Shown: in pieces, positions 53,401 to 64,000 of the stretch
How positions within the stretch are numbered: position 1 is the first letter of the stretch
Layout of the letters: each line of letters starts with the position of its first letter
From: Eledone cirrhosa
Taxonomy: Eukaryota
Direction of reading: 5' to 3'
Assembly (NCBI GenBank): GCA_964016885.1
Contig: OZ024744.1
Span: forward strand, 98,208,001-98,272,000
DNA length: 64,000 nucleotides
Made by a program: the position numbers and the translations under genes
Notes under the pieces: model-generated
What the model saw: the letters and a program-made list of their open reading frames with translations, nothing else
Told to the model about the DNA's origin: nothing
The model's database searches: none

Positions 53401-56400
53401 GGCTGGGTGCTTTTGTCATGTCTTTTACATGTCCACTTTACAGTGTGGGCTGTGTGCTTTTGTCATGTCTTTTATATGTCCACTTTACAGTGTGGGCTGG
53501 GTGCTTTTTGTCGTGTCTTTTATATGTCCACTTTACAGCGTAGCTGGGTGCTTTTGTCATGTCTTTTATATGTCCACTTTACAGTGTGGGCTGGATGCTT
53601 TTGTCAAGTCTTTTACATGTCCACTTTACAGCGTGGCTGGGTGCTTTTGACGTGTCTTTTACACGTCCACTTTACAGTGTGGGCTGTGTGCTTTTTGCCT
53701 TGTCTTTTACATGTCCACTTTACAGTGTGGGCTGGGTGCTTTTTGCCTTGTCTTTTACATGTCCACTTTACAGTATGGGCTGCGTGCTTTTTGCCAAATC
53801 TTTTATATGTCCACTTTATAGTGTGGGCTGTGTGCTTTTTGTCGTGTCTTTTACACGTCCACTTTACAGTGTAGGCTGGGTGCTTTTTACCAGGTCTTTT
53901 ATATGTCCACTTTACAGTGTGGGCTATGTGCTTTTTATCATGTCTTTTACACGTTCCACTTTACAGTGTGGGCTGGGTGTTTTTCGTCGTGTCTTTTACA
54001 TGTCCACTTTACAGTGTGGCTGGATGCTTTTGTCATGTCTTTTACACGTCCACTTTACAGTGCGGGCTGGGTGCTTTTTGCCATGTCTTTTATATGTCCA
54101 CTTTACAGTGTGGGCTCTGTGCTTTTTGTCATGTCTTTTACACGTTCCACTTTACAGTGTGGGCTGGGTGTTTTTCGTTGTGTCTTTTACATGTCCACTT
54201 TACAGTGTGTCTGAGTGTTTTTTGTCGTGTCTTTTGTATGTCCACTCTACAGTGTGGGCTGGGTGTTTTTCGTCGTGTCTTTTACATGTCCACTTTACAG
54301 TGTGTCTGGGTGTTTTTCGTCGTGTCTTTTACATGTCCACTTTACAGTGTGGGCTGGGTGTTTTTTGTCGCATCTTTTACACGTCCACTTTACAGTGTGG
54401 GCTGGGTGCTTTTTGTCATGTCTTTTACACGTCCACTTTACAGTGTGAGCTGGGTGTCTTTTGTCGTGTCTTTTACACATCCACTTTACAGTGTGGGCTG
54501 GGTGTTTTTTGCCGTGTCCTTTACACGTCCACTTTACAGTGTGGGCTGGGTGCTTTTTGCCGTGTCTTTTACACGTCCACTTTACAGTGTGGGCTGGGTG
54601 CTTTTTGCCGTGTCTTTTACAAGTCCACTTTACAGTGTGGGCTGGGTGCTTTTTGTCATGTCTTTTACACATCCAGTGTGGGCTGCGTGCTTTTTGTCAT
54701 GTCTTTTACACGTCCACTTTACAGTGTGGGCTGGGTGCTTTTTGCCGTGTCTTTTACAAGTCCACTTTACAGTGTGGGCTGGGTGCTTTTTGTCATGTCT
54801 TTTACACATCCAGTGTGGGCTGCGTGCTTTTTGCCGTGTCTTTTACACGTCCACTTTACAGTGTGGGCTGGGTGCTTTTTGCTGTGTCTTTTACACATCC
54901 ACTTTACAGTGTGGGCTGCGTGCTTTTTGCCATGTCTTTTATATGTCCCTTTACAGTGTGGCCTGAGTGCTTTTTGCCATGTCTTTTATATGTCCACTTT
55001 ACAGTGTGGGCTGGGTGCTTTTTGTCATGTCTTTTACATGTCCACTTTACAGTTTGGGCTTGTTGCTTTTTGCCTTGTCTTTTACATGTCCACTTTACAG
55101 TTTGAGCTTGTTGCTTTTTGCCTTGTCTTTTACACGTCCACTTTACAGTTTGGGCTTGTTGCTTTTTGCCTTGTCTTTTACACGTCCACTTTACAGTGTC
55201 GGCTGGGTGCTTTTTGTTGTGTCTTTTACACATTCACTTTACAGTGTGGGCTGCGTCCTTTTTGCCATGTCTTTTACATGTCCACTTTACAGTGTGCGCT
55301 GGGTGCTTTTTGGCGTGTCTTTTACACATCAACTTTACAGTGTGGGCTGGGTGCTTTTTGTCGTGTCTTTTACATGTCCACTTTACAGTGTGGGCTGGGT
55401 GTTTTTTGTTGTGTCTTTTACATGTCCACTTTACAGTGTGTCTGGGTGTTTTTTGTCGTGTCTTTTGTATGTCCACTTTACAGTGTGGGCTGGGTGTTTT
55501 TTGTCGCGTCTTTTACACGTCCACTTTACAGTGTGGGCTGGGTGTTTTTTGTCATGTCTTTTACACATCCACTTTACAGTGTGGGCTGGGTGTTTTTTGT
55601 CGCGTCTTTTACACGTCCACTTTACAGTGTGGGCTGGGTGCTTTTTGTCGTGTCTTTTACACGTCCACTTTACAGTGTGGGCTGGGTGCTTTTTGTGATG
55701 TCTTTTACACGTCCACTTTACAGTGTGAGCTGGGTGTCTTTTGTCGTGTCTTTTACATATCCACTTTACAGTGTGGGCTGGGTGTTTTTTGCCGTGTCCT
55801 TTACACGTCCACTTTACAGTGTGGGCTGGGTGCTTTTTGCCTTGTCTTTTACATGTCCACTTTACAGTATGGGCTGCGTGCTTTTTGCCATATCTTTTAT
55901 ATGTCCACTTTACAGTGTGGGCTGTGTGCTTTTTGTCGTGTCTTTTACACGTCCACTTTACAGTGTGGGCTGGGTGCTTTTTGTCATGTCTTTTACACGT
56001 CCACTTTACAGTGTGAGCTGGGTGTCTTTTGTCGTGTCTTTTACATATCCACTTTACAGTGTGCGCTGGGTGTTTTTTGCCGTGTCCTTTACACGTCCAC
56101 TTTACAGTGTGGGCTGGGTGCTTTTTGCCGTGTCTTTTACACGTCCACTTTACAGTGTGGGCTGGGTGCTTTTTGTCATGTCTTTTACACATCCAGTGTG
56201 GGCTGCGTGCTTTTTGTCATGTCTTTTACACGTCCACTTTATAGTGTGGGCTGGGTTTTTTTCCAGGTCTTTTATATGTCAACTTTACAGTGTGGTTTGG
56301 GTGCTTTTGTCATGTCTTTTACATGTCCACTTTACAGTGTGGGCTGGGTGCTTTTGTCATGTCTTTTACACGTCCACTTTACAGTGTGGGCTGTGTGCTT

Positions 56401-59400
56401 TTTGTCGTGTCTTTTACATGTCCACTTTACAGTGTGGGCTGGGTGCTTTTTGCCATGTCTTTTATATGTCCACTTTACAGTGTGGGCTGGGTGCTTTTTG
56501 TCATGTCTTTTACATGTCCACTTTACAGTGTGGGCTGGGTGCTTTTTGCCTTGTCTTTTACACATCCACTTTACAGTGTGAGCTGGGTGTCTTTTGTCGT
56601 GTCTTTTACACGTCCACTTTACAGTGTGGGCTTGTTGCTTTACAGTGTGCGCTGGGTGCTTTTTGTTGTGTCTTTTACACATCCACTTTACAGTGTGGGC
56701 TGCATCCTTTTTGCCATGTCTTTTACATGTCCACTTTACAGTGTGCGCTGGGTGCTTTTTGTTGTGTCTTTTACACATCCACTTTACAGCATGGGCTGGG
56801 TGCTTTTTGGCGTGTCTTTTACACATCAACTTTACAGTGTGGGCTGCGTCCTTTTTGCCCTGTCTTTTACATGTCCACTTTACAGTGTGGGCTGGGTGTC
56901 TTTTGTCGTGTCTTTTACATGTCCACTTTACAGCATGGCTGGGTGCTTTTGTCATGTCTTTTATATGTCCCTTTACAGTGTGGGCTGAGTGCTTTTTGCC
57001 ATGTCTTTTATATGTCCCTTTACAGTGTGGGCTGAGTGCTTTTTGCCATATCTTTTATATGTCCCCTTTACAGTGTGGGCTGAGTGCTTTTTGTCGTGTC
57101 TTTTACATGTCCACTTTACAGTGTGGGTTGGGTGTTTTTTGTTGTGTCTTTTACATGTCCACTTTACAGCATGGCTGGGTGCTTTTGTCATGTCTTTTAT
57201 ATGTCCACTTTACAGTGTGGGCTGGGTGCTTTTGTCATGTCTTTTATATATCAACTTTACAGTGTGGGCTGGGTGCTTTTGTCATGTCTTTTACATGTCC
57301 ACTTTACAGTGTGGGCTGGGTGTTTTTGTCATGTCTTTTATATGTCCACTTTACAGCGTGGCTGGGTGCTTTTGTCGTGTCTTTTACACGTCCACTTTAC
57401 AGTGTGGGCTGTGTGCTTTTTGCCTTGTCTTTTACATGTCCACTTTACAGTGTGGGCTGGGTGTTTTTTGCCATATCTTTTATATGTCCACTTTACAGTG
57501 TGGCTGGGTGCTTTTTGCCAGGTCTTTTATATGTCAACTTTACAGTGTGGGCTGGGTGCTTTTTGTTGTGTCTTTTACACATCCACTTTACAGTGTCGGC
57601 TGGGTGCTTTTTGTCATGTCTTTTACATGTCCACTTTACAGTGTGGGCTGTGTGCTTTTTGCCTTGTCTTTTACATGTCCACTTTACAGTATGGGCTGCG
57701 TGCTTTTTGTCGTGTCTTTTACATGTCCACTTTACAGCGTGGCTGGGTGCTTTTGTCGTGTCTTTTACACGTCCACTTTACAGTGTGGGCTGTGTGCTTT
57801 TTGCCTTGTCTTTTACATGTCCACTTTACAGTATGGGCTGCGTGCTTTTTGTCGTGTCTTTTACATGTCCACTTTACAGCGTGGCTGGGTGCTTTTGTCG
57901 TGTCTTTTACACGTCCACTTTACAGTGTGGGCTGCGTCCTTTTTGCCATGTCTTTTACATGTCCACTTTACAGTATGGGCTGGGTGCTTTTGTCAAGTCT
58001 TTTACATGTCCACTTTACAGCGTGGCTGGGTGCTTTTGTCGTGTCTTTTACACGTCCACTTTACAGTGTGGGCTGTGTGCTTTTTGCCTTGTCTTTTACA
58101 TGTCCACTTTACAGTATGGGCTGCGTGCTTTTTGCCATATCTTTTATATGTCCACTTTACAGTGTGGCTGGGTGCTTTTTGCCGTGTCTTTTACATGTCC
58201 ACTTTACAGTGTGGGCTGGGTGCTTTTTGCCAGGTCTTTTATATGTCCACTTTACAGTGTGGGCTGGGTGCTTTTGTCATGTCTTTTACACGTCCACTTT
58301 AGAGCGTGGGCTGGGTGCTTTTTGTTGTGACACCTACATAACCACTTTACAGTGTGGGCTGCGTGCTTTTTGCCATGTCTTTTATATGTCCACTTTACAG
58401 TGTGGGCTGAGTGCTTTTTGTCATGTCTTTTATATGTCCACTTTACAGTTTGGGTTGTTGCTTTTTGCCTTGTCTTTTACACGTCCACTTTACAGTGTGG
58501 GCTGGGTGCTTTTTGCCTTGTCTTTTATACGTCCACTTTACAGTGTGGGCTGGGTGCTTTTTGTTGTGTCTTTTACACATCCACTTTACAGTGTGGGCTG
58601 CGTCCTTTTTGCCATGTCTTTTACATGTCCACTTTACAGTGTGCGCAGGGTGCTTTTTGGCGTGTCTTTTACACATCAACTTTACAGTGTGCGCTGGGTG
58701 CTTTTTGTCGTGTCTTTTACATGTCCACTTTACAATGTGGGCTGGGTGCTTTTTGTCGTGTCTTTTACATGTCCACTTTACAGCATGGCTGGGTGCTTTT
58801 GTCATGTCTTTTATATGTCCACTTTACAGTGTGGGCTGGGTGCTTTTGTCATGTCTTTTATATGTCCACTTTACAGTGTGGGCTGGGTGCTTTTGTCATG
58901 TCTTTTACATGTCAACTTTACAGTGTGGGCTGGGTGCTTTTGTCATGTCTTTTACATGTCCACTTTACAGTGTGGGCTGGGTGCTTTTGTCATGTCTTTT
59001 ATATGTCCACTTTACAGTGTGGGCTGGGTGCTTTTTGTCGTGTCTTTTATATGTCCACTTTACAGCGTAGCTGGGTGCTTTTGTCATGTCTTTTATATGT
59101 CCACTTTCAGTGTGGGCTGGGTGCTTTTGTCATGTCTTTTACATGTCAACTTTACAGTGTGGGCTGGGTGCTTTTGTCATGTCTTTTACATATCCACTTT
59201 ACAGTGTGGGCTGGGTGCTTTTGTCAAGTCTTTTACATGTCCACTTTACAGCGTGGCTGGGTGCTTTTGTCGTGTCTTTTACATGTCCACTTTACAGTGT
59301 GGGCTGTGTGCTTTTTGCCTTGTCTTTTACATGTCCACTTTACAGTGTGGGCTGTGTACTTTTTGCCTTGTCTTTTACATGTCCACTTTACAGTATGGGC

Positions 59401-60540
59401 TGCGTGCTTTTTGCCATATCTTCTATATGTCCACTTTACAGTGTGGGCTGTGTGCTTTTTGTTATGTCTTTTACACGTCCACTTTACAGTGTGGGCTGGG
59501 TGCTTTTTGTCATGTCTTTTACACGTCCACTTTATAGTGTGAGCTGGGTGTCTTTTGTCGTGTCTTTTACACATCCACTTTACAGTGTGGGCTGGGTGTT
59601 TTTTGCCGTGTCCTTTACACGTCCACTTTACAGTGTGGGCTGGGTGCTTTTTGCCGTGTCTTTTATATGTCCCTTTACAGTGTGGGCTGAGTGCTTTTTG
59701 CCATGTCTTTTATATGTCCACTTTACAGTTTGGGCTTGTTGCTTTTTGCCTTGTCTTTTACACGTCCACTTTACAGTGTGGGCTGGGTGCTTTTTGTTGT
59801 GTCTTTTACACATCAACTTTACAGTGTGGGCTGGGTGCTTCTGTCATGTCTTTTACATGTCCACTTTACAGTGTGGGCTGGGTGCTTTTGTCATGTCTTT
59901 TACATGTCCACTTTACAGTGTGGGCTGGATGCTTTTGTCATGTCTTTTACATGTCCACTTTACAGTGTGGCTGGATGTCTTGTCATGTCTTTTACACATC
60001 CACTTTACAGTGTGGGCTGGGTGCTTTTTGCCTTGTCTTTTACACGTCCACTTTACAGTGTGGGCTGGGTGCTTTTGTCGTGTCTTTTACACATCCACTT
60101 TACAGTGTGGGCTGGGTGCTTTTGTCGTGTCTTTTACACATCCACTTTACAGTGTGGGCTGCGTGCTTTTTGTTGTGTCTTTTACACATCCACTTTACAG
60201 TGTGGGCTGGGTGCTTTTTGCCTTGTCTTTTACACGTCCACTTTACAGTGTGGGCTGGGTGCTTTTTGTTGTGTCTTTTACACATCCACTTTACAGTGTG
60301 GGCTGGGTGCTTTTTGTTGTGTCTTTTACACATCCACTTTACAGTGTGGGCTGGGTGCTTTTTGCCGTGTCTTTTACATGTCCACTTTACAGTGTGGCTG
60401 GATGTCTTGTCATGTCTTTTACACGTCCACTTTACAGTTTGGGCTTGTTGCTTTTTGCCTTGTCTTTTACACGTCCACTTTACAGTGTGGGCTGGGTGCT
60501 TTTTGTTGTGTCTTTTACACATCCACTTTACAGTGTGGGC
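17460..60540 (+). repeat. Core domain: ~12.2-kb higher-order repeat, three full copies plus a partial fourth
   Basis: The marker TTAGAGCGTGGG...GTGACACCTACATA recurs at ~17463, ~34775, ~47033, ~58300 and ~61996 (spacings 17,311, 12,258, 11,267 and 3,696 bp). The 1138-aa pseudo-ORF recurs at 21705, 38920 and 50234. Confidence 0.88.
24330..34520 (+). repeat. 5.1-kb tandem duplication inside the first core HOR copy
   Basis: Offsets 24483/29581 and 25030/30128 are 5,098 bp; 26437/31536 and 28111/33210 are 5,099 bp. The junction is near 29420. Confidence 0.88.
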
Positions 60541-63500
60541 TGCGTCCTTTTTGCCCTGTCTTTTACATGTCCACTTTACAGTGTGGGCTGGGTGTCTTTT
60601 GTCGTGTCTTTTACATGTCCACTTTACAGCATGGCTGGGTGCTTTTGTCATGTCTTTTATATGTCCCTTTACAGTGTGGGCTGAGTGCTTTTTGCCATGT
60701 CTTTTATATGTCCCTTTACAGTGTGGGCTGAGTGCTTTTTGCCATATCTTTTATATGTCCCCTTTACAGTGTGGGCTGAGTGCTTTTTGTCGTGTCTTTT
60801 ACATGTCCACTTTACAGTGTGGGTTGGGTGTTTTTTGTTGTGTCTTTTACATGTCCACTTTACAGCATGGCTGGGTGCTTTTGTCATGTCTTTTATATGT
60901 CCACTTTACAGTGTGGGCTGGGTGCTTTTGTCATGTCTTTTATATATCAACTTTACAGTGTGGGCTGGGTGCTTTTGTCATGTCTTTTACATGTCCACTT
61001 TACAGTGTGGGCTGGGTGTTTTTGTCATGTCTTTTATATGTCCACTTTACAGCGTGGCTGGGTGCTTTTGTCGTGTCTTTTACACGTCCACTTTACAGTG
61101 TGGGCTGTGTGCTTTTTGCCTTGTCTTTTACATGTCCACTTTACAGTGTGGGCTGGGTGTTTTTTGCCATATCTTTTATATGTCCACTTTACAGTGTGGC
61201 TGGGTGCTTTTTGCCAGGTCTTTTATATGTCAACTTTACAGTGTGGGCTGGGTGCTTTTTGTTGTGTCTTTTACACATCCACTTTACAGTGTCGGCTGGG
61301 TGCTTTTTGTCATGTCTTTTACATGTCCACTTTACAGTGTGGGCTGTGTGCTTTTTGCCTTGTCTTTTACATGTCCACTTTACAGTATGGGCTGCGTGCT
61401 TTTTGTCGTGTCTTTTACATGTCCACTTTACAGCGTGGCTGGGTGCTTTTGTCGTGTCTTTTACACGTCCACTTTACAGTGTGGGCTGTGTGCTTTTTGC
61501 CTTGTCTTTTACATGTCCACTTTACAGTATGGGCTGCGTGCTTTTTGTCGTGTCTTTTACATGTCCACTTTACAGCGTGGCTGGGTGCTTTTGTCGTGTC
61601 TTTTACACGTCCACTTTACAGTGTGGGCTGCGTCCTTTTTGCCATGTCTTTTACATGTCCACTTTACAGTATGGGCTGGGTGCTTTTGTCAAGTCTTTTA
61701 CATGTCCACTTTACAGCGTGGCTGGGTGCTTTTGTCGTGTCTTTTACACGTCCACTTTACAGTGTGGGCTGTGTGCTTTTTGCCTTGTCTTTTACATGTC
61801 CACTTTACAGTATGGGCTGCGTGCTTTTTGCCATATCTTTTATATGTCCACTTTACAGTGTGGCTGGGTGCTTTTTGCCGTGTCTTTTACATGTCCACTT
61901 TACAGTGTGGGCTGGGTGCTTTTTGCCAGGTCTTTTATATGTCCACTTTACAGTGTGGGCTGGGTGCTTTTGTCATGTCTTTTACACGTCCACTTTAGAG
62001 CGTGGGCTGGGTGCTTTTTGTTGTGACACCTACATAACCACTTTACAGTGTGGGCTGCGTGCTTTTTGCCATGTCTTTTATATGTCCACTTTACAGTGTG
62101 GGCTGAGTGCTTTTTGTCATGTCTTTTATATGTCCACTTTACAGTTTGGGTTGTTGCTTTTTGCCTTGTCTTTTACACGTCCACTTTACAGTGTGGGCTG
62201 GGTGCTTTTTGCCTTGTCTTTTATACGTCCACTTTACAGTGTGGGCTGGGTGCTTTTTGTTGTGTCTTTTACACATCCACTTTACAGTGTGGGCTGCGTC
62301 CTTTTTGCCATGTCTTTTACATGTCCACTTTACAGTGTGCGCAGGGTGCTTTTTGGCGTGTCTTTTACACATCAACTTTACAGTGTGCGCTGGGTGCTTT
62401 TTGTCGTGTCTTTTACATGTCCACTTTACAATGTGGGCTGGGTGCTTTTTGTCGTGTCTTTTACATGTCCACTTTACAGCATGGCTGGGTGCTTTTGTCA
62501 TGTCTTTTATATGTCCACTTTACAGTGTGGGCTGGGTGCTTTTGTCATGTCTTTTATATGTCCACTTTACAGTGTGGGCTGGGTGCTTTTGTCATGTCTT
62601 TTACATGTCAACTTTACAGTGTGGGCTGGGTGCTTTTGTCATGTCTTTTACATGTCCACTTTACAGTGTGGGCTGGGTGCTTTTGTCATGTCTTTTATAT
62701 GTCCACTTTACAGTGTGGGCTGGGTGCTTTTTGTCGTGTCTTTTATATGTCCACTTTACAGCGTAGCTGGGTGCTTTTGTCATGTCTTTTATATGTCCAC
62801 TTTCAGTGTGGGCTGGGTGCTTTTGTCATGTCTTTTACATGTCAACTTTACAGTGTGGGCTGGGTGCTTTTGTCATGTCTTTTACATATCCACTTTACAG
62901 TGTGGGCTGGGTGCTTTTGTCAAGTCTTTTACATGTCCACTTTACAGCGTGGCTGGGTGCTTTTGTCGTGTCTTTTACATGTCCACTTTACAGTGTGGGC
63001 TGTGTGCTTTTTGCCTTGTCTTTTACATGTCCACTTTACAGTGTGGGCTGTGTACTTTTTGCCTTGTCTTTTACATGTCCACTTTACAGTATGGGCTGCG
63101 TGCTTTTTGCCATATCTTCTATATGTCCACTTTACAGTGTGGGCTGTGTGCTTTTTGTCATGTCTTTTACACGTCCACTTTACAGTGTGGGCTGGGTGCT
63201 TTTTGTCATGTCTTTTACACGTCCACTTTATAGTGTGAGCTGGGTGTCTTTTGTCGTGTCTTTTACACATCCACTTTACAGTGTGGGCTGGGTGTTTTTT
63301 GCCGTGTCCTTTACACGTCCACTTTACAGTGTGGGCTGGGTGCTTTTTGCCGTGTCTTTTATATGTCCCTTTACAGTGTGGGCTGAGTGCTTTTTGCCAT
63401 GTCTTTTATATGTCCACTTTACAGTTTGGGCTTGTTGCTTTTTGCCTTGTCTTTTACACGTCCACTTTACAGTGTGGGCTGGGTGCTTTTTGTTGTGTCT

Positions 63501-64000
63501 TTTACACATCAACTTTACAGTGTGGGCTGGGTGCTTCTGTCATGTCTTTTACATGTCCACTTTACAGTGTGGGCTGGGTGCTTTTGTCATGTCTTTTACA
63601 TGTCCACTTTACAGTGTGGGCTGGATGCTTTTGTCATGTCTTTTACATGTCCACTTTACAGTGTGGCTGGATGTCTTGTCATGTCTTTTACACATCCACT
63701 TTACAGTGTGGGCTGGGTGCTTTTTGCCTTGTCTTTTACACGTCCACTTTACAGTGTGGGCTGGGTGCTTTTGTCGTGTCTTTTACACATCCACTTTACA
63801 GTGTGGGCTGGGTGCTTTTGTCGTGTCTTTTACACATCCACTTTACAGTGTGGGCTGCGTGCTTTTTGTTGTGTCTTTTACACATCCACTTTACAGTGTG
63901 GGCTGGGTGCTTTTTGCCTTGTCTTTTACACGTCCACTTTACAGTGTGGGCTGGGTGCTTTTTGTTGTGTCTTTTACACATCCACTTTACAGTGTGGGCT
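56845..64000 (+). repeat. 3,696-bp tandem duplication (second copy cut by the window end)
   Basis: Offsets 56989/60685, 57084/60780, 58352/62048 and 59233/62929 are all 3,696 bp. The private variant TTTATAGTGTGAGC is shared at ~59531 and ~63227. Confidence 0.88.

Larger units (their letters stand above)
1676..64000 (+). repeat. Satellite array, 46-48 bp monomer, about 1,300 head-to-tail copies, continuing beyond the window
   Basis: Consensus A is CCACTTTACAGTGTGGGCTGGGTGCTTTT(T)GTCATGTCTTTTACATGT (47/48 bp; the 47-mer is T20 G12 C9 A6). It repeats throughout, with no unique insertion or orientation switch that I could see. Confidence 0.99.

Noticed and set aside
1583-63981. All long + strand ORFs (up to 1,519 aa) as protein-coding genes
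   Set aside because: They overlap in all three frames, are direct translations of the satellite and change peptide register at every 47-bp monomer. Frequent 1-bp indels show no frame constraint.
1676-64000. CRISPR array or other repeat-spacer system
   Set aside because: There are no unique spacers, since the whole unit is repeated with point variants only. No cas genes are present and the context is eukaryotic.
1676-64000. G-quadruplex or telomeric repeat array
   Set aside because: There are only two G3 runs per monomer, separated from the next pair by ~39 nt, and no TTAGGG-type unit.

Overview
This is eukaryotic, non-coding, repeat-derived DNA, and I can support no protein-coding gene in it. 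Positions 1-1675 are a mosaic of decayed retroelement pieces: an RTE-clade LINE fragment with stops and a frameshift (minus strand), two diverged copies of a ~100-bp repeat, a tRNA-type SINE with a duplicated head, an (AT)n-flanked segment with a minimal hammerhead-ribozyme motif typical of Penelope-like elements, and the 3' end of a (GAT)n-tailed retroposon. From ~1676 to the end of the window (~62.3 kb, about 1,300 monomers, open at the right edge) runs one head-to-tail 46-48 bp satellite, CCACTTTACAGTGTGGGCTGGGTGCTTTT(T)GTCRTGTCTTTTAYAYRT. The array starts inside the (GAT)n-tailed element and appears derived from a motif of it. It has two monomer subfamilies in a left-to-right gradient, nested higher-order duplications (0.86, 1.9, 2.0, 3.7, 5.1, 5.8, 6.6 and ~12.2 kb) and a CpG-deamination variant spectrum. 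The long ORFs in the track arise because the monomer has no stop codon in any + frame. The flanking repeats resemble ones I recall from octopus/cephalopod genomes; this is unverified.
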